From: Lama guanicoe
Lineage: Eukaryota
Direction: 5' to 3'
Length of the DNA stretch: 64,000 bases
NCBI GenBank assembly: GCA_013239625.1
Contig: MU056216.1
Coordinates: 4,275,099-4,339,098, forward strand
In this document: positions 13,620-25,667 of the stretch, piece by piece
Position numbering within the stretch: the first letter of the stretch is position 1
Layout: each line of letters opens with the position of its first letter
Translations under genes and position numbers: made by a program
Notes under the pieces: generated by a model
What the model was told of the DNA's origin: nothing
Databases searched by the model: none
What the model saw: only the letters and a program-made list of their open reading frames with translations

Positions 13620-14579
13620 GTCCTGAGGAGAGGTTTGGAAAATCAGCTTCTTTAAGGAAGGCCAGCTGTGCTTTTTCCAGGTTTGGTGACTCTCTGAGGT
13701 CATGGTCCCATCCTCCAGTCTGTATTGCTGTCCTTGGAGCTTGGGATAGGGCAGGTCACCGCGAGCCTGGCAAGTGTGGGTGGGTGTGAGTGGAGACCCT
13801 GTGGCTCCTGAAAAGACTCAGAATGGGAGGTGGTGGTGGTGGGGGCACTCAGACAGTGCCAGCGAGAGACAGCTAGGGCTGGAGAGGGGAGGAGACATCT
13901 CTGCCACTGTCCCGCTGTGGGGCAACCATTCTCCTCCACTCTGGGCAGTCCTGGAGGACTGCAGGAGGCTGACAGCATTCCAGAAAAGGCCACAGTGTGG
14001 TAACAGTGCATCTGTGGCTTGTCCTCACATGGCAGGCCATTTAGAACACATGGCATAATCCCCTAATGGTCCACAAGCTCATAGTTCTAGGTTTCCACCA
14101 AACTTCTCAACTGCCGATTCTGTGTAGCGTGAGAAAGGGGCGTGGCATTAGAGCTCTGCCCACAGAAGCACTTCCCTTCCCTGGTGATGGGGTCCTGAGG
14201 ACTGGGTAGGGCCATCTGGGAGGTGTGAGGGAATCTTCCCTGCCCCGAACATTCCCATTAACATGGGTCTCACACACCTACTTCTCCACATAATCAGTTC
14301 CTTTCTCTGTGTTTCCCTCCTTCTATTCATTAAAAATTAAAGTGCCCCAGGGAGGTAATGCATTAAATGAACTTACAGGTGTGTGGTCAGCAATCTAGCG
14401 CCCACCTTTTCTTCTGTGATTAGACCATCTATAGGGGCATTGCTATGGAAGGAACACAAGGTGGGTAGTAAGAGATGTCAAGCCAGCATCTCCTGCTTTC
14501 CCTTCTCTAGAGCCTGGCCCACACTGTCATTAACAGAGCCATTTACCCCGCCTTTGTGCACCCCTCACTGCATCACAGC

Positions 14580-14760
14580 ACGCTCACCTCTGCCAACTCA
14601 TGGACCCTTCACCACAACTCTGTGGGTTGACAGGGAAGGGACACAAACCCATTGTGAAGAAACAGACCTGGAGAAGTGGAAGGACTGCCCCTGGCCAGGC
14701 AAGTAGCAAATGGAAGATCTAGAACTAGAGTCCATACCATCTGCCTGTTGGTCCTGTTCC
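14580..14760 (-). mobile_element. MIR fragment
   Basis: cttcaccacaactctgtgggttg..cccattgtgaagaaacagacctggagaagtgg..aagtagcaaatgg..ctagaactagagtc. Confidence 0.55.
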
Positions 14761-15589
14761 TTTTCTAATGCAGCCTCTGGTCACAGGATGTGGTTTTCCA
14801 GCAGCTCAGCCAACAACGATGTCAGGGCTGGAAGAGCCTGAAAGCCCCTCGGGATTTCACCGTGGTTTGGGTTGGCGGTGGAGAGACGGGGAGAGGAGAC
14901 GACAGGGTCCCCCTAGGTGTGCCGAGCAGGTGTCTGGGTACCGACTCCAGGAGCAGCCCCTATGGCTCCGTATCGCTCTGGGAAAGTTGGGGTTCCTTGC
15001 ATGGCCTCTGGTCCTCAGGGGTCAGGGCTGGGGCCATGGGAGCACTTTCTCCTCTCACTCACCCAGCCTGGTATCCTCCGCTCCCAACAGGCCCCTGGGC
15101 AACGACTTCAGCCAGCCGATTAACACCATGCTGGTGTGGAAAATTAGAATTCAGGGGGAGACAGTGGGGGCCCTCACTCGAGAAGACCTGTCCCATGGAT
15201 GGTATGCAGGATGGTAGGGACCACAAGGCAGCAAGAGCTGCAAATTCCACTATTCCAGTGATTCTACCACAAACAAAAAGCAAATCAATTGTTGATCTTA
15301 AGCCCAAAGAAATATAAACCAGAGGGAGGCTGGGAGTGGGCAGCTCCCCCAACAGCAGTGTCTCCTAGAAACCACTGGGAGAGACAGCTGTCATCTGAAG
15401 GACTGGAAGAGGGGGTGGGGCCCTCTGTGATCCACCCTTCATGCAGCAAGCAGCTATAGACTTCCACGGCCCCCAAGCTGTCCTCCTAGGTCTTGGTCGT
15501 AAACAGACCAGTGCATCCCAAGGTGGTGAGGGCTGCAGGAGACAGCTCCAGGGAAAGCTCCTTTGGTGTCTTTTAACCGACTCTGGCAG

Positions 15590-16720
15590 TGCGGGGTGAG
15601 TGGCTGGGATCTGGGAAGTCAGTCTGGAGGTGGTGATGCTGAGTGAAGCCCAACAGTCCAGTGGGAATTATCTAAGGGAGGGGGGCTGAGAGGTAGGAAG
15701 GCGTTCAGACAGAGGGAACAGGGTAGGCGCACAGAAGAGCAGAGCAATCTGAGGAACTGAGAACACTTCAGTGAGCACAATGGGGAATGCAGACCAATGA
15801 ACTGGACAAGAAGGCAGGAAACTGATGGCATAAAGTCTCAGGGGCAATAGGGAGCTACTGAAGACTTTTAAGGAAGGAATGACGTATCAAGATTTACATT
15901 TTAGTAATGACATCTGACTACTCAAAGTGTAGTCCATGGACCAGCAGCGTTGGCCTCACCTGGGAGCTTGTTGGAAATGCAGAAGCTCAGATCCTGACCT
16001 ACTGAATCAGGCTCTGCCTTTTAACAAGGTCCTTGGGTGAACTGTATGCACTTTAAAGTTGGCGAGACACTTCCACGGAGGAGTGAGTGGAGGAGGCCGG
16101 AGAAGAGGAATGTGAGATCATTGGGCAGGTGGTGTCAGTAACCCAGGTAAGAGGTGCTGGTGCCCTGCCCCTGATGGCAGTGGGATGTGCAGGAGCAGGC
16201 AGCTTGCAGAGCTACTGGGAGGCAGAGCAGAGTCCACTGGCTGGGGGATGGGTTGGGTTTGGTGGCGCAGGCAAGACTGGTGTCAAGGATGGTGCATAAG
16301 TTCTGACTGAGAGACTGAGGGGGTGGTTGTGCCCATTACTGGGAAGAGGCCAAGGAGGAAGAGGAGGAGGGGGGCTTTCTGGGTGAGGGGAGATGAGGAG
16401 TGTAGTCTGGGACACGCAAGATGGCAGGTTCCCTTCACCTGCTGTGTAGGGCAAGTTCTCCAAGCCTTGGGTAAGGTCAGCTTTCTCCTTGTTCACCAAT
16501 CCAACAAGAAGTTGTGCAGCCAGCATCCCTTTGTTACATAAATCTTTCACTCATCAGTTAATTCACCCTCCCTTTACTCATTCAACCACCACTGTGCCTT
16601 GCTGGCAAGATGCTATGTCTGGGAACATGTTGGTTCCCACCTACACGAAGCTTGAGTCTAGTGGGGGAAACAGATAATCAAATAATCATAATGTCATTAT
16701 TTGTAAAATTCAACAAATGC
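15590..16720 (-). mobile_element. L2 fragments (interrupted by MER5)
   Basis: ggcaatagggagctactgaagactttta..gatttacattttag; tactgggaggcagagc..gtcaaggatg; second L2 tail at ~16545-16720. Confidence 0.65.
15918..16070. mobile_element. MER5A-like hAT-Charlie DNA transposon
   Basis: ctactcaaagtgtagtccatggaccagcagc..cacctgggagcttgttggaaatgcaga..acctactgaatcag..ttttaacaag..gtatgcactttaaagtt. Confidence 0.85.
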
Positions 16721-17118
16721 TGGGAAGGAGGAAGATACACAGGGCTCCCCTCCAAGTGTGGTCCAACCATGCCCCCCATTCCTCTCGCTTATGTTAAACA
16801 CAGAGCACAATCTGTAGAGATAAGGAATAAAACCAAATTTTAGGCAAAAGGAAATTAACCTAAGGATAAGTAAGCTGTGTACAGCTAATAACTGGACCCT
16901 CACGTTGGTTCAGATGAAGGAAAGAGGCAGACAGTTGTCCGTGAAAGTATCTTCCAACTTCTGGGTTGTTATTACTTCTGTACCTTTAGCATAAATGGAG
17001 ATGGATTTCTCTGCAACCTCAACAGTAGCCAAAGCTGGTTTCCTCCTTCAGACAGCACCCAGGAGAAGGAGCATCATGGAACTCCTGAGAGACTTCCTGG
17101 GTGTTTCATGACTTCAGG

Positions 17119-17995
17119 TGTTAATTATCAGAGAAATGCAAATCAAAACTACAATGAAGTATCACCTCATACCAGTCAGAATGGTCATTATTCAAAAGTC
17201 CACAAACGATAAATGCTGGAGAGGGTGTGGAGAAAAGGGAACCCTCCTCCACTGCTGGTGGGAATATAGTTTGGTGCAGACATTATGGAAAACAGTATGG
17301 AGATTCTTCAAAAAACTAAAAATAGACTTACCCTATAATTCAGCAATTTTACTCCTGGGCATATATATATGGAGGGAACTCTAATTCCGAATGACACCTG
17401 CACCCCAATATTCACAGCAGCACTATTTACAATAGACAAGACATGGAAACAAACTAAATGTCTATCAAAAGATGACTGGATAAAGAAGTTGTGGTATGTT
17501 TATACAATGGAATGCTATTCAGCCATAAAAAAGAGTAAAATAATGCCATTTGAAGCAACGTAGATGGACATGGAGATTGTCATTCTAAGTGAAGTAAGCC
17601 AGAAAGAGAAAGAAAAATACCATATAATATCACTTATCTGTGGAATCAAAAATAAGACACAAATTAACTTATTTACAAAACAGAAGCAGATTCACAGACA
17701 CAAAAAACAAACATGGTTACTAGGGGATAAAGGGCATGGGAAGGGATAAATTGGGAGTTTGAGATTTTCAGATACTAACTACTATATATAAAATAGGTAA
17801 AGAAAAGTTTATACTGCATAGCACAGGGAACTATATTCAAGATCTTGTAGTAACCTATAATGAAAAAAAATGAAAACAAACATACGTATGTATATGTATG
17901 ACTGAAACATTATGCTGTACACCAGAAATTGACACAATACTGTAAACTGACTATACTTCAATAAAAAATATAAATTTTAAAAAATTTAAAAAGAA
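17119..17995 (+). mobile_element. Young L1 3' fragment (end of ORF2 + 3'UTR + A-rich tail)
   Basis: ORF2 C-terminal peptide [44 protein letters not shown]; AATAAA near 17960. Confidence 0.95.
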
Positions 17996-19060
17996 ATGGA
18001 CTGGAAGATAAAATTGATAAATTCTCTGAGAAAGATGAGCAAAAAGATAAGAAAATCAGTTAGTGGAAGTTAAAAAAAGACAGAAGTAAGACTAGGGCCT
18101 AGGACTTCCATCTTCCAAATAATGAGACCCAGAAAAGAAAAGTAAAGAAAAGGAATGCAGGAGAAGAAAACATCAAAGAAACAATTCAAGGCTACATTCC
18201 AGAACATAAGTTTACAGATTGAAAAGTCCCAAAGTGCCCCAAACAGTGGGTGAAAATAGATCCAACCAGGAGATATTACTGTGGAATTCAGAACCCTGGG
18301 GGCAAAGAGAAGGTCCTCAAAGCTGAGAGGGAGAGGAAGACTAGAAATAGGAGTATCTGCAGATTTCCTGCCGCCACCACACAATGGCACATGGAGGACA
18401 ATGGAATAGTGGGAGAGAAATGATTTCCAACTTCAGGTCCTACACACAGCCAAACTATCAATCAAGAGTGAGAGTAAAATAAAGGCATTTTCAGGCACCC
18501 AGTATCTCAATTTACCACTAATACATTCTTCCCAAGAAGCTCCACCAAAATAAGGGGGCGGATATGGAAATCAGGACACAAGGGTTAGGAGGGGGGAAGA
18601 CCCCAAGGTGACAGCTGCGGCCCAAACCCAGACAGGATCCCAGGACAGACTGGAACAGGTCTGAAAGGGTTAAAAAAGAGCGGTAAGTGGTGGAATGCTT
18701 AAAGTAACAGAACAGATTGGGAGGGTATTAACACAGCTGGGGAAGAGCTTGAGGATGAATAAGTGGTAAGTGGGGATAAAACTAAGCAAGTGGGAAGAAA
18801 GCAATAGTTACACACTAGTGTAAAACAAAGTCTTGTGCAGAGAAGGAAAACTAGCGTAGTGTATTACATGCTCGACTATGAATACATTTACACAGTTATG
18901 TAAATATAAATACTGATTGTGATCCAAGCAAAATTATGATACACAACCTTGGAATAAGAAGGGAGGATGGGAAATCTCTTTGTTTTCCATTGTGAGAAGT
19001 CAGTATAGAATGGCTATACTGTAAATGCAAAAAATAGCGGATACCAGCGTGTTACTGAGA
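17996..19060 (+). mobile_element. HAL1 (half-L1) / old ORF1-type element
   Basis: agtttacagattgaaaagtcccaaagtgccc..gaattcagaaccctgggg..agaaggtcctcaaagct..aatgatttccaac..cagccaaactatcaatcaag..gctccaccaaaataaggg, matching the HAL1 consensus as recalled. Confidence 0.7.
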
Positions 19061-19449
19061 GCAATGTTTCTCACGCTTTAGCCTACATCAGCCCCACCCC
19101 TTCTCCAGCCACTCAGAAGTCTTCTCCTTCCCTGCACTTGAGCCCCTTGGTGACTTCGAGTTTTTGCACTTGTCCCTCCTGTAATCAGGAGTGCCCTCCT
19201 CCCCTCAGCCTTCACCTTGATTGATGAGCTCACGCTCTCCCTTCAAGTACCAGCCTCCTATCACTTGCCCTGGGTCTCCTCCCCTGACCCCACCACCTGG
19301 GCAGGGATCCTTCTGTGGGTCCCCTCCCATCTGTACTTCCTGGACACAGCACTCACGGTTCACACTGGACTGTCCTCTAGCTTATTTGCCCGAATCCTCC
19401 AGCACGCTGTCAAGGTTAAGAAGGCAGAGACAATGCAAGTCCAAAAGCT

Positions 19450-19945
19450 TTGTGGCGTTCCTGGATCCCAGGATCCCAGCACCTTTGGAAGACCCTTCTT
19501 ATGTTTGGGGAATGTCTCACCTTCTAAGGGAAGGCCAGAAGTTTATTTCCCAGCCTCCCTTGCAGCCAGGCTCAGACATGTTACCCAGGCTCCGCCAATC
19601 ACATGCATCCACGCCAGACTTCAGTGACGAAAAGGATGCCAGGTGGAAGTCGTCGTGTGATGGTAACAGGAAACGAGTTCTTAGAGGCAGCAGGGCTGAG
19701 GCCCCGGCAGAGAGACTCCTGCCTGGGACGGTGGCCGCAGAGCCCAAGCCCAGCCGCAGGGGCCATAGGGGCTCCTCCGGGGCAATGTGGAACTGTGTTC
19801 TGGGCAACGTTCCTAGCTGTGTAGCCCCTAGCCCCAATTCTCTGGCTGTTGGGGAAACTCTGTGAGCCACCTACTATCTTTCAATAAATACTTCATCTCA
19901 TAAACTAGAGTGTGTTTATTTTGTTTTGTTTGGTAACTAAGTACC
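19450..19945 (+). mobile_element. ERVL solo LTR (LTR33-like)
   Basis: tttcccagcctcccttgcagccagg..catgttacccaggctccgccaatcacatgcatcc..ccagactt; 3' end tttcaataaatacttc..aactagagtg..ggtaactaag. Confidence 0.7.
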
Positions 19946-19959
19946 AGGACAAGGTGGAG

Positions 19960-20065
19960 AGAAACTGTCTTGCTTAGGCTTTATTCTCAGTGCCTAGCAA
20001 ATCTTGGGCACTCAGTATTCAAACATGTTTAATGATATAGATGAATGAATGAATGAATGAATGAG
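19960..20065 (+). mobile_element. L2 3' tail with (ATGA)n
   Basis: cagtgcctagca..ggcactcagtattcaaacatgttt..atgaatgaatgaatgaatga. Confidence 0.75.
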
Positions 20066-20505
20066 TAAGGGGAGAGCACGTCCCCTGAAGTCAGTGACAC
20101 TGACCCTTGACCTCCCTGAGGGGAGGAATGTGGGCCAGCATAAGTGCTTCCAGCCCTGCCCCTTCTCAACGTGGAACCACAGGTCTGCACCCAGGCCATC
20201 CAACCCCAGGCCTCAAGGGGGTGAAGGAGAGATACCTCCTTGTTCTACAGCAGGGACTCTCTGAAGATGTACAACAATCTCTAACTCCAGAGAAAGCTAA
20301 ATCACACGGGTGACTTCTCTCACTCCTGCAGGTGGGTGCAAGAGCACATCACCACTTGTTTTCTTTTTTTTTTTTTAATTTTCTTTTTGCCTATTGTGAG
20401 CCCCTCCAGTTGGAAAGTCTGGTTTTGCTCATACTTGATGACGGTGCTGTCTGTGCTGCCTCCTCCTCCCCCACATTTGAAATGAGTTTTAAGTAACATA
20501 AAACA

Positions 20506-20607
20506 ATGCTTAGCAACAACCTGACTGGGGCTCAGTTCCTGGAGGGGTGGTCACTGCACACCCAGCTTGACTTTTTGCAGAACTCAGAGCTGGTTGCTTA
20601 GCAACAA
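20506..20607. promoter_or_regulatory. Tandem RFX X-box-like motifs
   Basis: GTTGCTTAGCAAC at 20593-20605 (palindromic X-box form) and ATGCTTAGCAAC at 20506-20517. Confidence 0.4.
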
Positions 20608-20699
20608 AATGAGATGCCAGTTTAACTAGCTCTAGATCTACATTTTCCTAATCGATGCAGAAGAAAGACCCAGCCAAGCCTTGAGAAGAGAAAACGATT

Positions 20700-20940
20700 A
20701 CTCACGTGGGTGAGAGCTCACTCTGCTGTAAGCACTGTTGTAAGTGCTGCCCACTGCGCTCATTATGGTTCAGTTAATCGTCCCAACAAACCGGTGAGGT
20801 GGCACCAGTACAAGCTTCAATTACAAATGAGGAAACGGAGGCATAGGGAGCCCCGGGGGACACAACCAGCAATAGGTGAAATGGGAATCTGGACCCAGCT
20901 TGTCTCTGCTCCAGAACCCAAGTTTCTACCAACTAAATTA
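20700..20940 (-). mobile_element. MIR
   Basis: gagctcactctgctgtaagcactgttgtaagtgct..ttaatcgtcccaacaaaccggtgagg..ttacaaatgaggaaacggaggcataggga. Confidence 0.8.
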
Positions 20941-21989
20941 AATGCCCCCATTCAGTAGGCCACCCCAGGTGACTTTCCCTTAAAGCAGCTAAGGCAGAGA
21001 GCTCTTCCAATGGACCAGATGAGCATTCTTCAGCCACATAAAAAGTTAAGCTAAGCTCAACAAACTTCTTACATCTCAGGAACTCTCATCAATGAATGAC
21101 CTGGTTTCGATGGCAGCCCCTCCCCATGACACATCACCAAGAAGATATTCTGATGACAGTTCCCTTGACTCTCCACCCACCTGCTCCTCTTCAATCTCAG
21201 CAGAGTGTCAACCAAATTCTGACATGGCCCAGGGGGAGCATTTCTTGACCCACTGTTCCAGGGGGCTAGACCTGGTTCTGGATGATGGGAGGCTGGCCTG
21301 TGCGGGGGTTGGGGGGGTGGGTGGTACTGGCTGGGAGGAGAATTGGGAGGAAAGAATCTCCTTGCAGGGGCTACTGACCTGGGGTGATCACGCCCCTATC
21401 TGATGCCCACCTACACATCCTTTGTTTATTATATCCCAGTTAAAAAAGAGCTGTTGGAGGGAGAAAAACCAGAAGAAAACAGAAGTATTTGTCAAATCTT
21501 AAGTGTTCTATGGAATCAAACTATTAATTAAACTATGGTACAGGGAAAGAGGTAAGGACCAGAGATATGTTTCTGAATTGCTAAGTAGGAACTTCCTCAC
21601 AATGTATTACATAACTCTTCCTTTTTCTGTGTGAAGCCTCCTTAGTTATAAATTTATATGCAATAATGATATTTGTGTCTGTTACTTCTATTAATGTTTT
21701 AGTGTGTTAGTCAGAATTTCCAAAAGGGCAGATATAAAACTGGTTAACGTTGGGCTTCATGGTTTGGTTTTGTTTCTAATAATGTGTTGATCTGAATTTA
21801 TTCAGAAATTCTGGGAATTGAAGGCTCAGAGCGAACCTCCCTTAGCTGAATAAGAGAGGTCCCGGTCCTGGACCTCACAGATCACAAACGCTAACAGACA
21901 AAAATCGTTGTTATTGTTTTCATTTCAAACTTGTTAGAAAGATTCCTGAGTTTTGTGACTGCTTTGGTCAGTAGGAATCACAGGACAGG

Positions 21990-22330
21990 GAGCTATTGGC
22001 AGAACTGGGCCTCCCAGGGGAGGAGACGGTGAGGACCACAGCCTTAGTTAGATGGAAGAGTAACTCCAGGGTTTTCGGCAAGGGGCATCTCCCGTTCTCT
22101 GGGAAGCAGAGAAAACCAGCCTGCAGCTTACGGAGAGAAGCAGGGTGAGAGCCAGGGACAGAGACTCCTGGGCTCCGCAGAGAACACTGCTTTCTGGTTC
22201 CTGACCTTCCATGATTAGGCCATTCTATGAGATTCTCTGGTGTTCTCTTAAGACTTTCCTCTTGCTACTTACATAGTGGTTTCTCTTTCCTGAACCTGAA
22301 ATTCCTGAACCTGAAAAAGTCCTAAGGAAC
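21990..22330 (+). mobile_element. Old MaLR LTR (MLT1K/L-like) 3' part
   Basis: agaaaaccagcctgcag..gagagaagcag..; terminal agtggtttctctttcctgaacc..aaaaagtcctaa. Confidence 0.45.
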
Positions 22331-23485
22331 AAGAATCGCCTTTCTTGAGTGACCAAAGGTTTTTCTGTCTTCATGATGGACTGGACAAGCTGTCTATGGC
22401 CACTGTTTGCAGAAGCAATCCACCAAACGAGGGATGAGGAACACTGCTGTGACGACTCTAAGGTGATCCTTGGGTCATCTGAACCCCACGAACAGAGAAT
22501 GTAACGATCTAAAATTTCTAAAATTCAGAGGAAGACTTGGAACCGGGGTGAAGTTAGGAGGAGAGATGGCAGGAGAGAGGCAAGTGAAAAATGTGTCCTT
22601 CATCTTCCCACCGCCCCCCACCGCTGCATACACATACACAACCCTTCTAGTTCCATCAGGAATTTCAGATCACCTGTTTCGTGCCAGGCACTTCGGAGAG
22701 TGAGACTTAATTTCAACAGATTGTCATACATGACCAGAGAGAGCTTTGCCAAGGATGCTTTGGAGTATGGAGAAAGGTCATTTAAGCCCAACAAGGGGGT
22801 CAGAAAGGGCTTCCTAAAGAATAAAAGGAAGGAAGGGATAAAACAGGGCATCAAGTCATTAAGGATGCCTCAGGCTGACAGCCTCACTGACAGCAAAAAG
22901 GGTCTGATACTCCAAACACCCTCTTGGCCTGATGGAACGTGCAGTGAGGGATGGGTGATCAACAGAGCTGTTTTCAAGCTCCAATTTGATTTCAGAACAT
23001 TAGTAATAGAACAGGCACAGGTAATAAATAATAGTCTGTAGTCTTCATGGTAATTATTTCTGGGAGGTGGTAGGCGGCGGCAGTAATTTTGAAGCTCCTA
23101 GATTGCTGACTTTAAAATTCAACTCCTTCTACCCCAAAGAAGTAAGAATTCTAAGCTGAGCTGTGAACAAAGAACTGAAAATCAATTGAAACCCTTGAAA
23201 AGACCACTGTAATTATTACCCTCCTCCCTGGATGTTTTTACCAGGAGGGATGGGCCTGTAATATTAAAATAGTTGGCGATAATAATTGGTTGTTCTTTGG
23301 AACCTGACTAGGATGTCTAACACATTAAGTGAGGATGGTACACATGAGGGAATAATTTTGTTAAGGTAACACTTTTTGTTGTCCACAGTTAAACAACAAA
23401 GAATAAACAGGGGGAAAAGTCAGTCCCCACTCTACCCCTGCATAGCAATCCCACTCTGGTGGGAAAAAAAAAAAAAAGACAAATA

Positions 23486-23598
23486 CAGTCCTCCTTCAGT
23501 GTGGGGGTGTGGGGAGGTTGGTTCCAGATAACAAAATCTACGCATGTGCAAGTCCCTTACACTCGGGTTCCACATCCACAGATACGGAGGGTGGACTG
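23486..23598. mobile_element. MER2/Tigger-family miniature DNA transposon (internally deleted)
   Basis: TA|CAGTCCTCC...GGAGGGTGGACTG termini; internal ttggttccag..caaaatc..gcaagtccctta and ccacagatacggaggg as in MER2. Confidence 0.65.
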
Positions 23599-23719
23599 CC
23601 CTGATACAAGAAGAGATCTATATGTGGAAATGCTTCAAAACTGTATTTTTTGTTCACTGGGGTCACATTTTTTAAACTTAGGCGACAGGCTCCACAGCCC
23701 ACAGCTGCCACGAGAAAAC

Positions 23720-24030
23720 CACAGGTCCTTCTGGTTAATGGGATCCAAATTCCAGCCAAGGTCCTGGAGGAAGTTGGGAAGCAGGGACTACAATGAAGGC
23801 TTATGCTGAAAGGTGAGACAAACTGAGATTGCTCTGCCTGAGGAGAAGGAGGCTGAAGGTGACCGAATAACAGTCGAGTATCTGGGTTGTGCTCAAGTGA
23901 CCACTCACGGCAGCGGGGAAAGTTGTGGGAGCAGATTTAGGTCCCACAGTGCTTGCGCTCCTACCTGGATGGTTGTTCCCTCCTGGAGAGGATGCAAAAT
24001 CCCTTCTCTGGCCCTTCAGGAACAGAATGG
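23720..24030 (+). mobile_element. CR1/L3 LINE 3' fragment
   Basis: ctgagattgctctgcctgaggagaaggaggctgaaggtgaccgaataacagtc..tatctg, resembling CR1 ORF2 end (LGLFSLEKRRLRGDL-type). Confidence 0.55.
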
Positions 24031-25148
24031 GTTGTCACTCACAAGAGATAACTGAATATCAAGGGCCTGAAAGGGTATAGAGAACATGGTGCTCCTTGAT
24101 AATTTATCCCAATTTTTCCCAATAATGTCTTTTTAAAAAGAAGTCAGAGAATGAGAAAGGAAGGAAGGACTAGAAAGGTTGGAGGAGGAATGGGAGAATT
24201 TGGAATCTATCTTATCAAATGGAGAAAGATTGAGAGAAAGAGAGATGAAGACAGGCCTTTTGGAGAGGGTGTAAAAACTTGCCAGGCTGGATCAGAGCAA
24301 GAGGGGTGCTAAGGAATGAGAACCTCCTAAGAGTCAGGGTACAAAAGATTTGGGAGAAAAAGAAAAGAGGATGTGAAGTGTTAGCAGCAATTGTCGGGTG
24401 TAAGCATGAGTTGTCACTGAATCTATTTTTCATCTAAATAATGTAAAGAAAAATAAAGAAAAATTTACATCATTTTATGCCACTGAACTGTCTTTCAATG
24501 TGACACTGTTCTAGGACTGAATCGTGTGAGTCTATGATCTCACTGGGGTAAGCAGCCACTCACTTACTCATCAAAGCCTCACTAAATGTCAAATACATGC
24601 TGAGTACTGTGCCTGAGATTCTGTGACGATGTAATTTAATCACCCTTGGCTGTATACAGTAACGAATACACACATTGTCCTGTGTATGCTTAGCAACATT
24701 TTGGAATCTGACAGCTGGGTCTTTATATTGCTGGTGCCTCTTAGTCTCCACTGAAAGTAAAGAGGGATATGTCATCCCCAAATACAAGGAGAATTTGTTG
24801 TCTGATCTTAAATAACACGTTGCAGCATTAGCATCCCAGAAGATTTTCCTTAAATTGCCTTACGCTCTGGTTTTATACGTTGCTAAAGCAAAAATTAACT
24901 TCCTAAGAATGAAAACTCAGATCAAATTCATTCTTTTTTTGTGGCGGCATGGCCTCTAGTGATGTGTGTCTCACTCTAATTTTTTAATCAGTCACCTCCC
25001 ATCCCTGGACATTTCACGTTGTGTCCAGGTGTGGCTGTTTGCCTCTATGATGGCACTGCGGTAGCATTCTTGGACATACGCCCTTTCTTACCGGTGGTTT
25101 TCTAGCTATGGGATAATTTCTTAAAGATAAAGTGCTGAGTAGAAGAGT

Positions 25149-25158
25149 ATATATATAT

Positions 25159-25199
<41 letters not shown>

Positions 25200-25222
25200 T
25201 ATATATATGAATACACACACAC
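25149..25222. repeat. (TA)n/(CA)n compound microsatellite within an old L1 fragment
   Basis: tatatatata...acacacac. Confidence 0.9.
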
Positions 25223-25293
25223 ATATTTAATAGACATTACCAAATTGCTTTGCTAAAAAACGATACTCTTCACACTTTTCCTCATATCCCCCC

Positions 25294-25667
25294 TGTTTCA
25301 GGCTAAATTGTGCCCCCTCTTCAAATCATATGTTGAAGTCCTAACTCCCAATGTGACTGCATTTGAAGACAGGCCTTTAAAGAGTTAATTAAAGTTAAAG
25401 GAGGGCATAAGGTGGGGCCTCTTCTCTATAAAAGTCTTTCCCAAGTTCCTGTGGGTGTAACATTCCCATCCACTCCCTGTTTAGCACTGCCTAATCAAAT
25501 TGATTTTTTCCAAATAAACTCTTAACATTATTAATATGCCTCAGTTTAATCTTTTAATGATATTAATCAACTTGTTCATTTTTCTCTTATAAATCCATCT
25601 TGTATTACAGGGGGTCTCAGCCCAGAACTCAGAAGGTTAAAGGGAAAATTATTTTTCCTCTCCTACA
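25294..25667 (+). mobile_element. Cluster of three abutting LTR fragments: MLT1A/MST 5' end, an LTR R/U5-like piece, and an ERV1-type LTR 3' end
   Basis: tgtttcaggctaaattgtgcccc..atatgttgaagtcctaactccc (MaLR start); ctataaaag..caaataaactc; gaactcagaagg..gggaaaattatttttcctctcctaCA. Confidence 0.6.

Noticed and set aside
19217-19870. Overlapping 136/214/117-aa ORFs
   Set aside because: Lie over a GC-rich LTR33-like element; no recognisable domain
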